37,649 nucleotides of DNA from Octopus bimaculoides (Eukaryota). The translations under genes and the position numbers were made by a program. Numbering within the stretch: the stretch's first letter is position 1; each line of letters begins with the position of its first letter. Shown piece after piece: positions 23,368 through 34,895 of the stretch. The notes under the pieces were generated by a model, which saw only the letters and a program-made list of their open reading frames with translations, was not told where the DNA came from and did not search any database. The stretch covers positions 37,149,352-37,187,000 of the forward strand of contig NC_068999.1 in the NCBI RefSeq assembly GCF_001194135.2, read 5' to 3'.

Positions 23368-23487
23368 CTACTGGCTACTGCAAATGATGTGGCTATCTTA
23401 CAAGAAGACTTGGCAAGAATGCGTCCACTTTTGGATGAAGCTGTGAAAGAATCAGTTTCTACAATGGAACAAATTGCACAAGACACT
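23368..23487 (+). CDS. DNAH1: Dynein heavy chain exon 9 (stalk CC1)
   Basis: ctttag|CTACTG ... GACACT|gtaagt; LLATANDVAILQEDLARMRPLLDEA; phase 0-0, 120 nt. Confidence 0.94.
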
Positions 23488-24831
23488 GTAAGTTCTTCAA
23501 TTTTGGTGATAAATGTGTTATCATACAGAGATAAGTGTGTGCAATGTTTAGTTGTGACATACATTCCTATCCTGCTGAGATTTACATCCCCTCTCATCAT
23601 TTCAATGCCACAAATATAGAGAACATTAATGGAGTGAGTGATATATTATTATTTCATCAGAGGAGAAAGAGTGTGGCTCACCTGATAGGCTCTTTCCAAC
23701 CAATGAGGGGAAAGGTGTTAATGTACAGCTTGAACCACTGTTAATGCCTGTATGGGCTATAAGGGGATTCCTGAAAGCTGAAGTTGAAAGATATTAAAAT
23801 GTGGATCAGAAACTGCTTTGTTGATGAACATTATGATGGAATAATCTGACGGCAAACTGAAAAATGTTTGTGGTGATTGGCAAGCAACTTTGCTTGAAGG
23901 TTCTTAGGCTAGAAACAATCTGATTTTCGAAAATTTCATGGAGGAACCATATGACTGTTAGATAGTTTAGCAGTTCCCATTTGGCTCAATGAAAACCTAA
24001 TGGTGATCATTGAGATCAAAAGATTGATTTGATTGTTTGATTTCTTCTAAACCTTTGAGGAGGAAGGTAAAGAGAAGTTGGAAGTGATTAGAAAAGTTTT
24101 CTTGGTGTCTCTAAATATATGCTCATGAGATAGATGCATAGTTTGAAAAGTATTTTGTTGTGTGAACGCACAGTGAAGAGTTGGAAATAAAAAAGGCAGA
24201 AATTAGGGTTAGGTTTTTTTTTTTATGTGACGAAGTATTTCTTGAAATGTCCCATGTTTGAAAAGACTTGTTAGGGAACTAACGAGGCTCAGGCAACCTT
24301 TTCCTCCTGAAAATCTAAGGCAGGCATTTTAGTTGTGGGTAAATATTTCCAAGTTGTCATTAGTTGGATGACTTGGTGGCTGATATATTCTGCATGCAGT
24401 TTCTTTGCATTTATAACTGTTGATCTGTTTTTGCTTTTGTGAAGTGCTCAGGAATTTGGGGGTTTGTGAGCCTTGACTGCCAGGGGAATGCTGGTGCACC
24501 ATGTTGAAGAATTTAGGTGAACACATCAACACCCAGGACTTATTGTTTTAAGCCTGATTCTTAATCTGTTGGTCACTTTTGCCAAATTACAAGAGTGTAA
24601 ATGAAAACTGGTTGTCAAGCACGGAACCATATTTTTAGGAAGTAAACTTCTTACCACATGACAACTATACCTGTGCCCATAATAATAAATGAAATCTGAA
24701 ATATAAAGTGTGAAGTATAGAATCGTAAAAGAAAAAATCCTTATATCAAATTTTATTTTTAGGTGGAAAGGTTGCTACGAATGGATCTGAGCAATGAAAG
24801 TGTTGGTAAAGCTAAAGTAGTTGGTTCAAAA

Positions 24832-25068
24832 GGCAGCGAGCTGGCAGAAACGTTACCATGTTGGGTGAAATGCTTAGCAGTATTTTATCTGTCTTTACAT
24901 TTTGAGTTCAAATTCTGCCAAGGTCAACTTTGATTTTCATCCTTTCAGGGTCGATACATTAAGTACCAGTTGCGTACTGGAGTTGATCTAATTGACTGAC
25001 CCCCACTGCCCAAAAATTTTGGGCCTTGTGCCTAGAATAGAAAAAAAAAAAAAAAAAAAAAAAAAAAA
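24832..25068 (+). mobile_element. SINE family A, alternative tail, A28 poly(A), 19-20-bp TSD
   Basis: TSD taaagtagttggttcaaaag at 24813-24832 and 25069-25088; A-run 25041-25068. Confidence 0.9.
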
Positions 25069-25928
25069 TAAAGTAGTTGGTTCAAAAGCAGTGTAGTGTA
25101 AAAAGAGGTAGAAGGGGGTGTGAAAATTAAAAGATGTCTCAGTTTAAAAGAGATTAAACCACAAAACAAATGTTTAGGGGATAATCTACAATGTTAGATT
25201 ACCAACTATGGTATGTGGCAGATAAGAGGTGAATGATTTTGTTCAGAGTGTCTATGAAGATTAGAAGCTGCAGTGTGCAGAGGCCAGAAGATTTTTTTTA
25301 GTTTTATTTCTGGATTATGATTTTGTATTTGATAAAATGTTTCACTTTTAGTTACCATTATTTGTTTTTATCTCAAAACCCAAATATAATTAGAAAATGA
25401 AATGTTATTTCTTCTTTTTAAGTTCCAAAATCTATGTATATGTTGACTAAAACATAGTTTAAAAAAGATACAGGTTGGTCAAATACATGAACTGGATAGT
25501 GTGTTGGTCTGTATAGAGCACTGATACACAATAACTTTATCTAAACTATTGGAATCAAAAATTAATTATTGAGATTATTACAGTAGCAATTATTAGGGGT
25601 TTGGTTGGTAGTGAATTCATACAATTTTGCTTGATTAAAAGGGGCAAGTGTGAAACTAAATGTAGAGCTAAAATTTCATTGGTCCAAGAAGTATGTTTAT
25701 GTTTGAACTTCTGAAAGAGAAACAAGTTTAATTTTATCATCATATATTTTAAACTAGACTTAAAATGTACATTAAGAACTAAGATATAAATGTCTAAACC
25801 TTAATTAGAAATCTAAACAATCTGTTTTAATGGAATTTTATGTTAATTGGCTAATTAGTCATAGTTAAAGTTTTATAATTAAAGGCCATAAGTTTACTTC
25901 ATAATTTTTTCTTTTGTTATTTTTTTAG

Positions 25929-26054
25929 AAAGTTGGTGAAGAAACCAAAGTAGTTGTTCAGAATGAAGAAGCACAAGCTGCAGAGAAAACACGAGAGACA
26001 CAAGCTATTGCAGATGATGCACAGAGAGATCTCAGTGAGGCTTTGCCAGCTTTA
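25929..26054 (+). CDS. DNAH1: Dynein heavy chain exon 10 (stalk CC1)
   Basis: ttttag|AAAGTT ... GCTTTA|gtcagt; KVGEETKVVVQNEE...QAIADDAQRDLSEALPAL; phase 0-0, 126 nt. Confidence 0.94.
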
Positions 26055-26476
26055 GTCAGTAACATTATTTCATATTGTCCTTCAACTGCAAACTGTTATT
26101 TATTTGTGACTCTTTTATACTCTCTCTCTCTCTAGAGAAATTTATAAACTATATTTAATTGTTAGTTATATTTTTATCACCTCATATAATATATTCTTAT
26201 GTGGTTTCTGTTTGTCTAAAATTGTAACAGATTATTTTCTGTGAAATCTTTTCACAATACATTTTCACTTTGATCGCAATTTCTTTAACAAATTGAAACT
26301 AAAACTGAAGATTTTGCACAAAATGTTCTTTATTTCTTAACATAAAAAAAAAGGCTGGGGTGGGGTGGGGACCTTTCAAGTTAAGATGGTTTATTATTTG
26401 CTTTGGATATAAATGAAAATATTTGATTAAAAATTAATTTCTGTCTTATGATGGAATTAATAATTAAATATTTCAG

Positions 26477-26626
26477 GAAGAAGCTCTGGCTAGTTTAAAG
26501 ACACTTAATAAGAATGATGTTGTTGAAGTGAGAGCAATGCAGAGACCACCAGATGGCGTCCGTCTTGTCATTGATGCTGTCTGCATAATGAAGTCTGTCA
26601 AACCAAAACGTATTCCTGGAGAGAAG
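26477..26626 (+). CDS. DNAH1: Dynein heavy chain exon 11 (microtubule-binding domain, first half)
   Basis: tttcag|GAAGAA ... GAGAAG|gttaga; EEALASLKTLNKNDVVEVRAMQRPPDGVRLVIDAVCIMK; phase 0-0, 150 nt. Confidence 0.95.
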
Positions 26627-26883
26627 GTTAGAAAACTCAGTTTTTTTCATGAAAACTATGCAAAGCATTTCATTACCCTGTATCTCTAATATTATTCACT
26701 GCTTGAGATATTGTGACATATGAACTCATTAATAATAGTTGGGTTTCTTTGAAAAGCAGATCTTAAAATTGGGATGCATTCTGGATAAAATAAGTTTTAT
26801 TTTATATTTATGAGATTATTTAGACCTAATAGTGATATTTAGTTCTTGGTACATAAAACTTGTTACTTGATTTTGCAGTATCT

Positions 26884-28460
26884 ATCCATCCCTCCATCCA
26901 TTCATCCATTTTCAATGCTCATTTGGAGGGGGTTGTGAAACTTGTGTCTACAAGATTCTAACAGAAGCAACCATCATTACACTTTTCTGTTGCATTCCCA
27001 TACCTGACCCATGGATATATTATCTGACCATCTCACACATTGTCTCCTACCAGTTTGTCCAGTTTGATGAGTCTGTCTTGCAATTTTTTCATATCATATT
27101 CTAACCATGTATCTGAAGTAGTGGAGCCATTGCCTCTCAATAAGAAAAAGTAGCTGTTAGAGAGAGACTTCCTAACTTTTCAGTTATACACCTTGTAAGT
27201 GATGTTACTCCAGAGTTCCTTAGGAGAAACCCAATTTCAGTTGCTAGTATTTGTTTTGTTTTTTTGGTCATTACTCAGCAATCATGACCATAATTGGAAA
27301 GACATGGAAACCAAATTGAAAATAGCAAGTTTTTTTTTTTTTTACCTTCTGAGAATTGGATACTGGAGCAGGTGCATTACTGTAAGATCATCTGCAGGAA
27401 ATTAGCAGGAAATTCAGAGTTTCTTGCTTCCCATTACTTGTGAATATGGTCCCAAGACATTAAAAATTTCTCCACTTGTCTCAGTGATGCTCTACTTGCA
27501 TGCAAAATGCCTTTGGAAGACTTTCTTAAAAGGACCAATATTGAAGTCTTCACAACACTTTTTCCTCATCCTTTCCTTGCAGACAGTAAATCCATTCAGT
27601 GAATGCTGGAGATCACCTTCTGATGCACCAAGTAGTACTACATTATCTGCAAATATTAGCTGACTGCCCCGATAGGCTCCAGTTGCAATACCAATGACAA
27701 TACATACTCCTGTCAAAGTCTAACAGCCAAGTTTTTAACTTAAAAACATTTACCTGAGCATAAATATCTGGGCATAGCAACCAGAAGTTGCCTCTTAATC
27801 TTAAAAACTTCTGCAAAACACTCCACAGTATGTCATGCACACACAGTCATATGCCTTTTTGAGGTCAACAAAGAATGCATAAACCTCTTGGCAAAATGCC
27901 TATGATTTCTTGAGCCTGGATTTGACTAATCTCTACTCTTCTTTTCCAGATTTTACTGGGGTGTTTCAACCAAATGATTCCCTTTTAATTAGAGCAATTT
28001 TTCTTGTCTCCCTTTTTTTTAAAATTAGGATTATCACTCTGGATTACCATTACTTTGGAGTCTTTCCAATGGTCAAAACCACCTGGCATACATAATTCAG
28101 CCACATGCTAAATTCTCTATTTAACACTTCAAGCATCTCAGGCTATATTTCGTCTTCTCCAGCAACCTTGCCAGATCTGAGCTCTCAAGTTGCCTCTATG
28201 ACTTCAGTCTTTGTGAGATCAGAAAAAATATTCTTTCTTTCGCTCAGGGATGTTCTTCTCTGTAGAGAGAACTCCAACTGAGTTCTTAATGGTAGGTTTA
28301 GAAAAGGGTTTCTTGTTATGAAATTGATGCTATGTCTACCAGAATACTTTATTAGCTGATCTAAAATTTGAACCCATCTTAACTCCAAACTCCTCCCCAT
28401 TATTTAGCTTTGAACGTTTTACTGTCTCTGCTGCAACCTTTTCTGCCTCAGTGAACTGCA
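26884..28460 (-). mobile_element. Decayed RTE-clade LINE of Rex3/Expander type with (ATGG)n tail
   Basis: EEFGVKMGSNFRSANKVFW; LIFADNVVLLGASEGDLQHSL; tail tccatccctccatccattcatccat at 26884-26908; runs into poly(A) and the gap. Confidence 0.8.
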
Positions 28461-29379
28461 TGCAAAAAAAAAAAAAAAAAAAAAANNNNNNNNNNNNNNN
28501 NNNNNNNNNNNNNNNNNNNNNNNNNNNNNNNNNNNNNNNNNNNNNNNNNNNNNNNNNNNNNNNNNNNNNNNNNNNNNNNNNNNNNNNNNNNNNNNNNNNN
28601 NNNNNNNNNNNNNNNNNNNNNNNNNNNNNNNNNNNNNNNNNNNNNNNNNNNNNNNNNNNNNNNNNNNNNNNNNNNNNNNNNNNNNNNNNNNNNNNNNNNN
28701 NNNNNNNNNNNNNNNNNNNNNNNNNNNNNNNNNNNNNNNNNNNNNNNNNNNNNNNNNNNNNNNNNNNNNNNNNNNNNNNNNNNNNNNNNNNNNNNNNNNN
28801 NNNNNNNNNNNNNNNNNNNNNNNNNNNNNNCCCCCCCCCCCGATATACATCTGACCACGTCCACCACTGTCCCTGTCTCCTCTTTCCCACACTTGCAACC
28901 TTTACCCATCCACCCCCATTCTCATCACCTTATCATCCACCCCTTCATCTCTTATATATCTGCTGCTCATTACCCTTTCTGTACTGCTAGTCATCCTTTC
29001 CCCTAAGCCGCTTCTATTGACCTTCATTTTTCATTCTCAATACTGTCCCCATTTCTATTTACTACTGACCACTTATCCTCTCCCCATTCCCCATGCCCTT
29101 TATTTATTTCTGATCATTTCTCACTTTCTCCCTACAACATTTACTGCCCCCTCCCATATACACCGTTTGTTTTAAATCTTCTGTCCCTAACTTCTATTCA
29201 CTTTGTACCTTGAAGGTAGGCTCTGATACCTCATCACAAATATCTTTATTTCTTTTTCTGGTTCCACTTCATCCACCCACCTATATATAATGTTGCATAT
29301 CCATGAATCTTCTCTACAAACCCGTTCTTGTCTCTCTATCATGCTTTAATTCCTCAGCACCTTGCATAAACTGAGTTAC

Positions 29380-29530
29380 AAGATGACCTCACTAATGCTA
29401 GTGCCATGGATAAAGCACCTCTACATTCCATAAAGTAGTTGGCATAAGGAAGGGCATTCAGTTGTAGAAATTATGCCAAAATTAAGACACTGGAGCAGAT
29501 GATAATAATGGTGATGATTACGATGATGAT
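29380..29530 (+). mobile_element. Degenerate family D fragment
   Basis: gtgccatggataaagcacc...ggaagggcattcagttgtagaaattatgcc, followed by GAT-rich repeat. Confidence 0.6.
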
Positions 29531-29874
29531 ATAATTTGAATAAATGTACATGGACTGTTTCCATATTTGAAAGTCATTTTTAGTACAAAACAAGAAGTTT
29601 CAGCAGAAAGGGTGAAGTTAATTGAACTGACAATTTTATGTATCTTTTAGTTTTTTTTATTTAACCAAAAGTGATAAAAATAATAGAAACTTTAGTGGAG
29701 TAAAGGACTATAATTAATTACTACAATCACTCTTTTTTTATTACTTTTTTCATTTGACATAATAGAAAGAAAGATTTTTTTTTTGTCCATGTTTTTTTTC
29801 CTTTTCAGGAAACCTGTAAAATACGTATTTGTTGCTAGTTCCTTTCATAAGGCTTTCGTTTTATTCTTTTGTAG

Positions 29875-30048
29875 CCGGGTAGCAAGGTGGATGATTACTG
29901 GGAGCCAGGTAAAGCATTACTTCAAGATCCTGGAAAATTCTTAGAAAGTTTGCTGAAATATGACAAAGAGAATATTCCAGAAGAAACAATCAAAAAGATC
30001 TCTCCGTATATGGAAGATGAAGCCTTTACCCCGCATGCTATTTCTAAG
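29875..30048 (+). CDS. DNAH1: Dynein heavy chain exon 12 (microtubule-binding domain, second half)
   Basis: ttgtag|CCGGGT ... TCTAAG|gtaacc; PGSKVDDYWEPGKALLQDPGKFLESLLKYDKENIP; phase 0-0, 174 nt. Confidence 0.95.
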
Positions 30049-30252
30049 GTAACCATGTCAAATGTTACTTCATTTTACAAACATCATTTTTGTTTTTCAT
30101 TATTGTTATACATTATGTAAAGACAGAAGCACTACAAATCTATAATGAGAATTGAAAAGGTGACGAAAACATGTCCATTGCCTATGAATATACTAAGTAC
30201 ATACATGTGTGTGTGTGTGTGTGTGATCATTATCATCATCATTTAACGTCTG

Positions 30253-30283
<31 letters not shown>

Positions 30284-30291
<8 letters not shown>

Positions 30292-30662
30292 GCACTCCGT
30301 CGCTTATGACGTTGAGGGTTCCAGTTGATCCTATCAACGGAACAGCCTGCTCGTGAAATTAACATGCAAGTGGCTGAGCACTCCACAGACACGTGTACCC
30401 TTAATGTAGCTCTCGGGGATATTCAGCGTGACACAGTGTGACAAGGCTGACCCTTTGAATTACAGGCACAACAGAAACAGGATGTAAGAGTGAGAGAAAG
30501 TTGTGGTCAAAGAGTACAGCAGGGTTCGCCACCATCCCTTGCGGGAGCCTCGTGGAGCTTTAGGTGTTTTCGCTCAATAAACACTCACAACGCCTGGTCT
30601 GCGAATCGAAACCGTGATCCTATGACCGCTAGTCCGCTGCCCTAACCACTGGGCCATTGCGC

Positions 30663-30665
<3 letters not shown>
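30284..30665 (-). mobile_element. tRNA-derived SINE family C
   Basis: Minus strand head ggcgcaatggcccagtggttagggcagcgg...ggtttcgattc (A and B boxes); ttgagcgaaaacacc core-like segment; flanked by (CA)n and (TA)n. Confidence 0.8.
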
Positions 30666-30710
<45 letters not shown>

Positions 30711-30796
30711 TATAGAGGAAAAGGGCATAAAAAACCAAGGCAGGATAAGTTGTCAAGTCATTTATAATAATTTAATTAGGATAAGGTTAATTTGAA

Positions 30797-30871
30797 GTCT
30801 TACAGCTGTTTCTAGGATCTCCCAAGGATAGGCTAACATGTCTGTACACTGGGTATTCCATCATCAGAGAC
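30797..30871 (-). ncRNA. Minimal (type I) hammerhead ribozyme, Penelope pLTR/retrozyme-like
   Basis: GTCT-CTGATGA-[imperfect ~12-bp stem II]-GAAAC-AGCT-GTA/AGAC; all core nucleotides present; stem I GTCT:AGAC; palindromic stem III ACAGCTGT. Confidence 0.8.
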
Positions 30872-32912
30872 AAAGTGAGTATGTAATAAAGTTCTAGACA
30901 GGGAAATTCTCAGTTTACATATATATAAAACAAAGGATGTGTGTGTAAACCCGCAGAATTTCTGAGGTTCGCAACTGATTTTCTTCAAAATGGGAACATA
31001 CATTGCTTATGTTCCAGAGATGATTTTAGACTCTTAAAAGTTTTCACGTAATGTGTAATGGGGCCCCTGGGGGAAGAAAACTCCCTTTCCTGGGGTATGT
31101 ATGTTTTCCAGCATGGTCCACACATTGCTTCTGTTCAAACTGGAAAAAACAGTTACTGAAATGATAGTAGTTTGTATTAAATGGATGAACCAACGTAGAC
31201 TTGAAACTGTATTGTTTAAGTGGTAGCAATAACAGCTCGTTCTTGTAGTGCCATAGATAGCAATTTGTTGGAGTAAAAACCGTTTGGAATAGACTATGTT
31301 TATTATGAAAAATATCCTAAAATATATTAAATCCTGAGAAACTATTCAACTATTTTCTTTTAGCTTCCGTATCAAATTCTTCCTTCTAAGCATAGACAAA
31401 GCCCATACAAATCCCATACAAATATTTTTCAGCTATTGATTACAAACTGAAATATCGCATGTACATTAACCTACTAATTTATGGTGTCTAACACCCAACC
31501 ATGTTAGTTAGAGACGGTGTCCTTAATGTGACCTTGCATGCTCGGATGCTGTATGCAAAATTGTTTTTGTTTGGGAGCTGAGTTGTCCTCACAAGGGTCA
31601 CATGCTGTTTACATGAAGGAATGCATGGTTGAGCCACAACTAGTTATTCCAAACCGAAATATTGCTTCTTTGCCAATCCCCACCACCCTTTATCACATTG
31701 TCTCTTTCATGTTGTGCTGTTGAGCATGCCCACAGGCTTAATTTATCACATAGATGTAGTTCTTATGTCTGCTGATTGTCCAGTATGGTAGCTGCAGCGC
31801 TGACAACTGCAAAGGAGAGTATATACACTGAGAGCTTTTTGGTGCATTCAAAAATCACATAACCCACCACCTACTTTTCCATGACAAGATTAGGGTCTGA
31901 AATCTTCCAAACACACATATGACACGTCACTTAGTGACATTTTTATTCCACAAATGTTTTGTTGTCAATGCTGCACTTCCCCATATCACATGTTTCAACT
32001 TCGCTGTACCATGTATACAAACTATGCCATTTAAATCTCAAGCAATGCTGGGTATCTCTGTTAGTGAGGAATAAAACAGAAGAATAAAGAGTAAAAATAG
32101 ATATAAGAATACAGACAGGAGAATAAAAGTTCACAGTTCATCTTTTCCCAGAGAGTATGAAGGTTAGTCTGTACTTCCATGAAGCTATAGGTCCTTATGC
32201 TTAATCTCAGGTAAACCCAGGTAGAATTTTGGCATTATTTTGAATGATACATTTATGGTGAAGTGGTTAGCTCGTGTGCAAATGGTCTTCGTGGGTATAT
32301 GGTGGGAAAAACAAACATCAAGATAGACAGAGAAGAGAAAGAAAGAAAAGGAGAGAGAAAAGACAGGAATGGGATTGGTGTGAGGGGAAAGAATAAATGA
32401 GGAAAATCAAAATCAAAAATTAAAAAATAAGGAATAAAAATAATGAAGATAAAGATTGTCCGTTTGGGAGTGAGAGGTCAGGCATTAAAAGTTTTGTTAA
32501 AGTGGAGGAGCAAGGTATTTATATCTATTGATTAAATAGGTTAGGTGTGGTCAGTAAGGATAGTCAAAAATAGGTGATGCCCAGCTTAAAGGGGTTTATG
32601 TAGGATAAAACTACTATTAAATGGATCATCATCATCATCATTGTCGTTGTTATTTAACGTCTGCTTTGGAATTTTGTTAGTGAACAGGTCGCAGTCTCAA
32701 AGCGACGAAAATATTTTGGCAAATTAAATTTAAATGTTGAAGTGAATCTAACGGTTTTTTATTTTCATTACTTCTATCTTAATAGAACAATAAATTATAT
32801 ATGCATGCATGTATGTATATGTGTATGCATTGGAAATTTTTTGTTGAGGTTCAACTTTAATGACTTAAATAAATTTGAAATATTTTCCTTTTAAATTTCT
32901 TCAATTATTTAG

Positions 32913-33191
32913 GTCTCTAAAGCATGCACATCAATATGTCAGTGGGTTCGTGCCATGTACAAATATTATTTTGTTGCTAAAGCAGTTGCTCCTAAAAGAG
33001 AAGCATTAAAAATTGCTCAGGCGGATTTATATGAAACTCAAAAAATATTGGATGCTGCCAAACAACGTCTGCAAGCAGTACAAGATGGCATAGAATCTCT
33101 GCAGGCAAAATATGATGACACCATGCGTAAGAAGAAAGAACTTGAAGAAAAGTGTGAGCAATGTCAAGCACGCCTTGTTCGAGCAGATAAG
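32913..33191 (+). CDS. DNAH1: Dynein heavy chain exon 13 (stalk CC2)
   Basis: atttag|GTCTCT ... GATAAG|gtagag; VSKACTSICQWVRAMYKYYFVAKAVAPKR...RLVRADK; phase 0-0, 279 nt. Confidence 0.95.
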
Positions 33192-33743
33192 GTAGAGTAT
33201 GAACTCTAATTTGTTCAATCGATTGAAATACTTACGACATTTTATAAGCAGAAAATGTTTTGATGCGATTGTAGATATTTAGCCCTGTTCCAGGAGAACT
33301 GCAAACAAAGCTGCTTCATTCATTAACATCCTCTTTAATTTAATCTTGAACTACATTGTCCAGTGTTCCCATTCCTTTTTAGACTGGTTAGGTTGATTTA
33401 AGGAAATTTAGCTGCTATTTCTAGAAATGAAGCAGCTACATAGAGAAGTTGATAAACTTGCCATAGAAAAATTAGTTGGTATATATGAGAGAGAAAAGGA
33501 AGAGAAAGAGAGTTTGGCAGTTGACTTATTCAATGTAAGAAACATTGAAAAGCTAACGACAGTCAGTATGGAAGTTAATTCCAGAAATGTTTCAATGTTG
33601 TGATGTCATCAGTGAAACAGAATCATGTGTTTTTGCTAAAATTATAATAATAATAATAAGATAATAGGTAAGTGTACAAGTAATATGTACTGACTGAAGG
33701 GGTGAAAACAGAAACATTTTGAGACGAAATTAGTCTTTAACAC

Positions 33744-33784
33744 CATTAAATATGTCCAACAAGCTGAGTTGGACATATTTAATG
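33744..33784. repeat. Perfect 17-bp inverted repeat with 7-nt loop
   Basis: cattaaatatgtccaac-aagctga-gttggacatatttaatg. Confidence 0.95.
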
Positions 33785-33797
33785 CAGGGAACATTGT

Positions 33798-33978
33798 CAT
33801 CATCATCATCATCGTTTAACGTCCGCTTTCCATACTAGCATGGGTTGGACGATTTGACTGAGGACTGGTGAAACTGGATGGCAACACCAGCCTCCAATCT
33901 GATTTGGCAGAGTTTCTACAGCTGGATGCCCTTCCTAATGCCAACCACTCAGAGAGTGTAGGCACTCAGAGAGTGTAG
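33798..33978 (-). mobile_element. RTE 3'UTR-type repeat (family D), 5'-truncated
   Basis: (CAT)n-cgtttaacgtccgctttcc...; 16-bp tandem duplication at the truncation point. Confidence 0.88.
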
Positions 33979-34363
33979 TAAAAACAAAATACAGTTAATC
34001 AAATATAATGCATACAGCGAAGAATAATCAAGGAGTGTAAATGAAGGGGATGTATTGGTAAAGAATTACTACGGGATAGGGGTAGAAGGTACATAATATA
34101 CAAGAAGACCTAAGAACGCTTGATGTGAAGAAACTAAAGAGAATTAAAATGAAATTTCAACAAATATCTGAGATAAGATAGGGTTGGAATATTGAGAAAT
34201 ACGCTGCACTGTAATGGTGGCATTTGAAAGCAGTAAAATGGATGATGGTGGTGGCGGTGGCGGTGGTGGTGGTGGTATTCCTGAATGAAGAATAAATAAT
34301 ATCTTTTGTCTAAGGAAATGATTTTCTGAAAAATGTAATTTCCAATTTCCTTTCTGAAATCAG

Positions 34364-34495
34364 TTAATTGGAGGACTTGCAGATGAAAAGAATCGATGGA
34401 AGGCTGCAGCATTGAGATATGAGAAAATCCAAGACAATATGGTTGGTGATGTTTTGGTATCAGCAGCATATATTGCTTACCTTGGAACATTTACA
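34364..34495 (+). CDS. DNAH1: Dynein heavy chain exon 14 (end of CC2)
   Basis: aatcag|TTAATT ... TTTACA|gtaaga; LIGGLADEKNRW...GDVLVSAAYIAYLGTFT; phase 0-0, 132 nt. Confidence 0.95.
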
Positions 34496-34895
34496 GTAAG
34501 ATCTTTATTCTTTAAATATAGATATTACGCTTTAATCAAAGAGTGTCATTTATGGCTACAAAAGGATTAGAAGAGATTTACACATTCCCTCCATTTTACT
34601 GTTGTTGTTGTTTGAACCTTTGTTCATCTTTATATCGACATGGAAATTTATGACTCAAATGTATGGGATACCTTTGAAAAAAGCCAAACAGACAAATTTT
34701 TATGTTAATAGTTTTGTTAAAATTAACATTTACGGCGGTGCATCAGCATGGCCACAGCTCTAAGCTGAAACTATAAAAGATAAAATTTAATTAATTGTAA
34801 CAGAAGACGTAGTAATACCAAAAGCTATCTTTATTTCCAACTCAACTTGGATGTTGTGTTTGAATATAGAATACTGTGTTATTTATCTAGAGGGG

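Noticed and set aside
30575-30665. tRNA-like sequence with A and B boxes (also at 19808 and 15660-15752)
   Set aside because: These are SINE heads followed by core and tail sequence, with no complete cloverleaf; not tRNA genes
33585-33625. CTGATGA...GAAAC on the minus strand
   Set aside because: Stems I and II do not pair
34134-34490. 118-aa minus-strand ORF with His run
   Set aside because: Antisense to exon 14 plus a (GGT/GGC)n microsatellite
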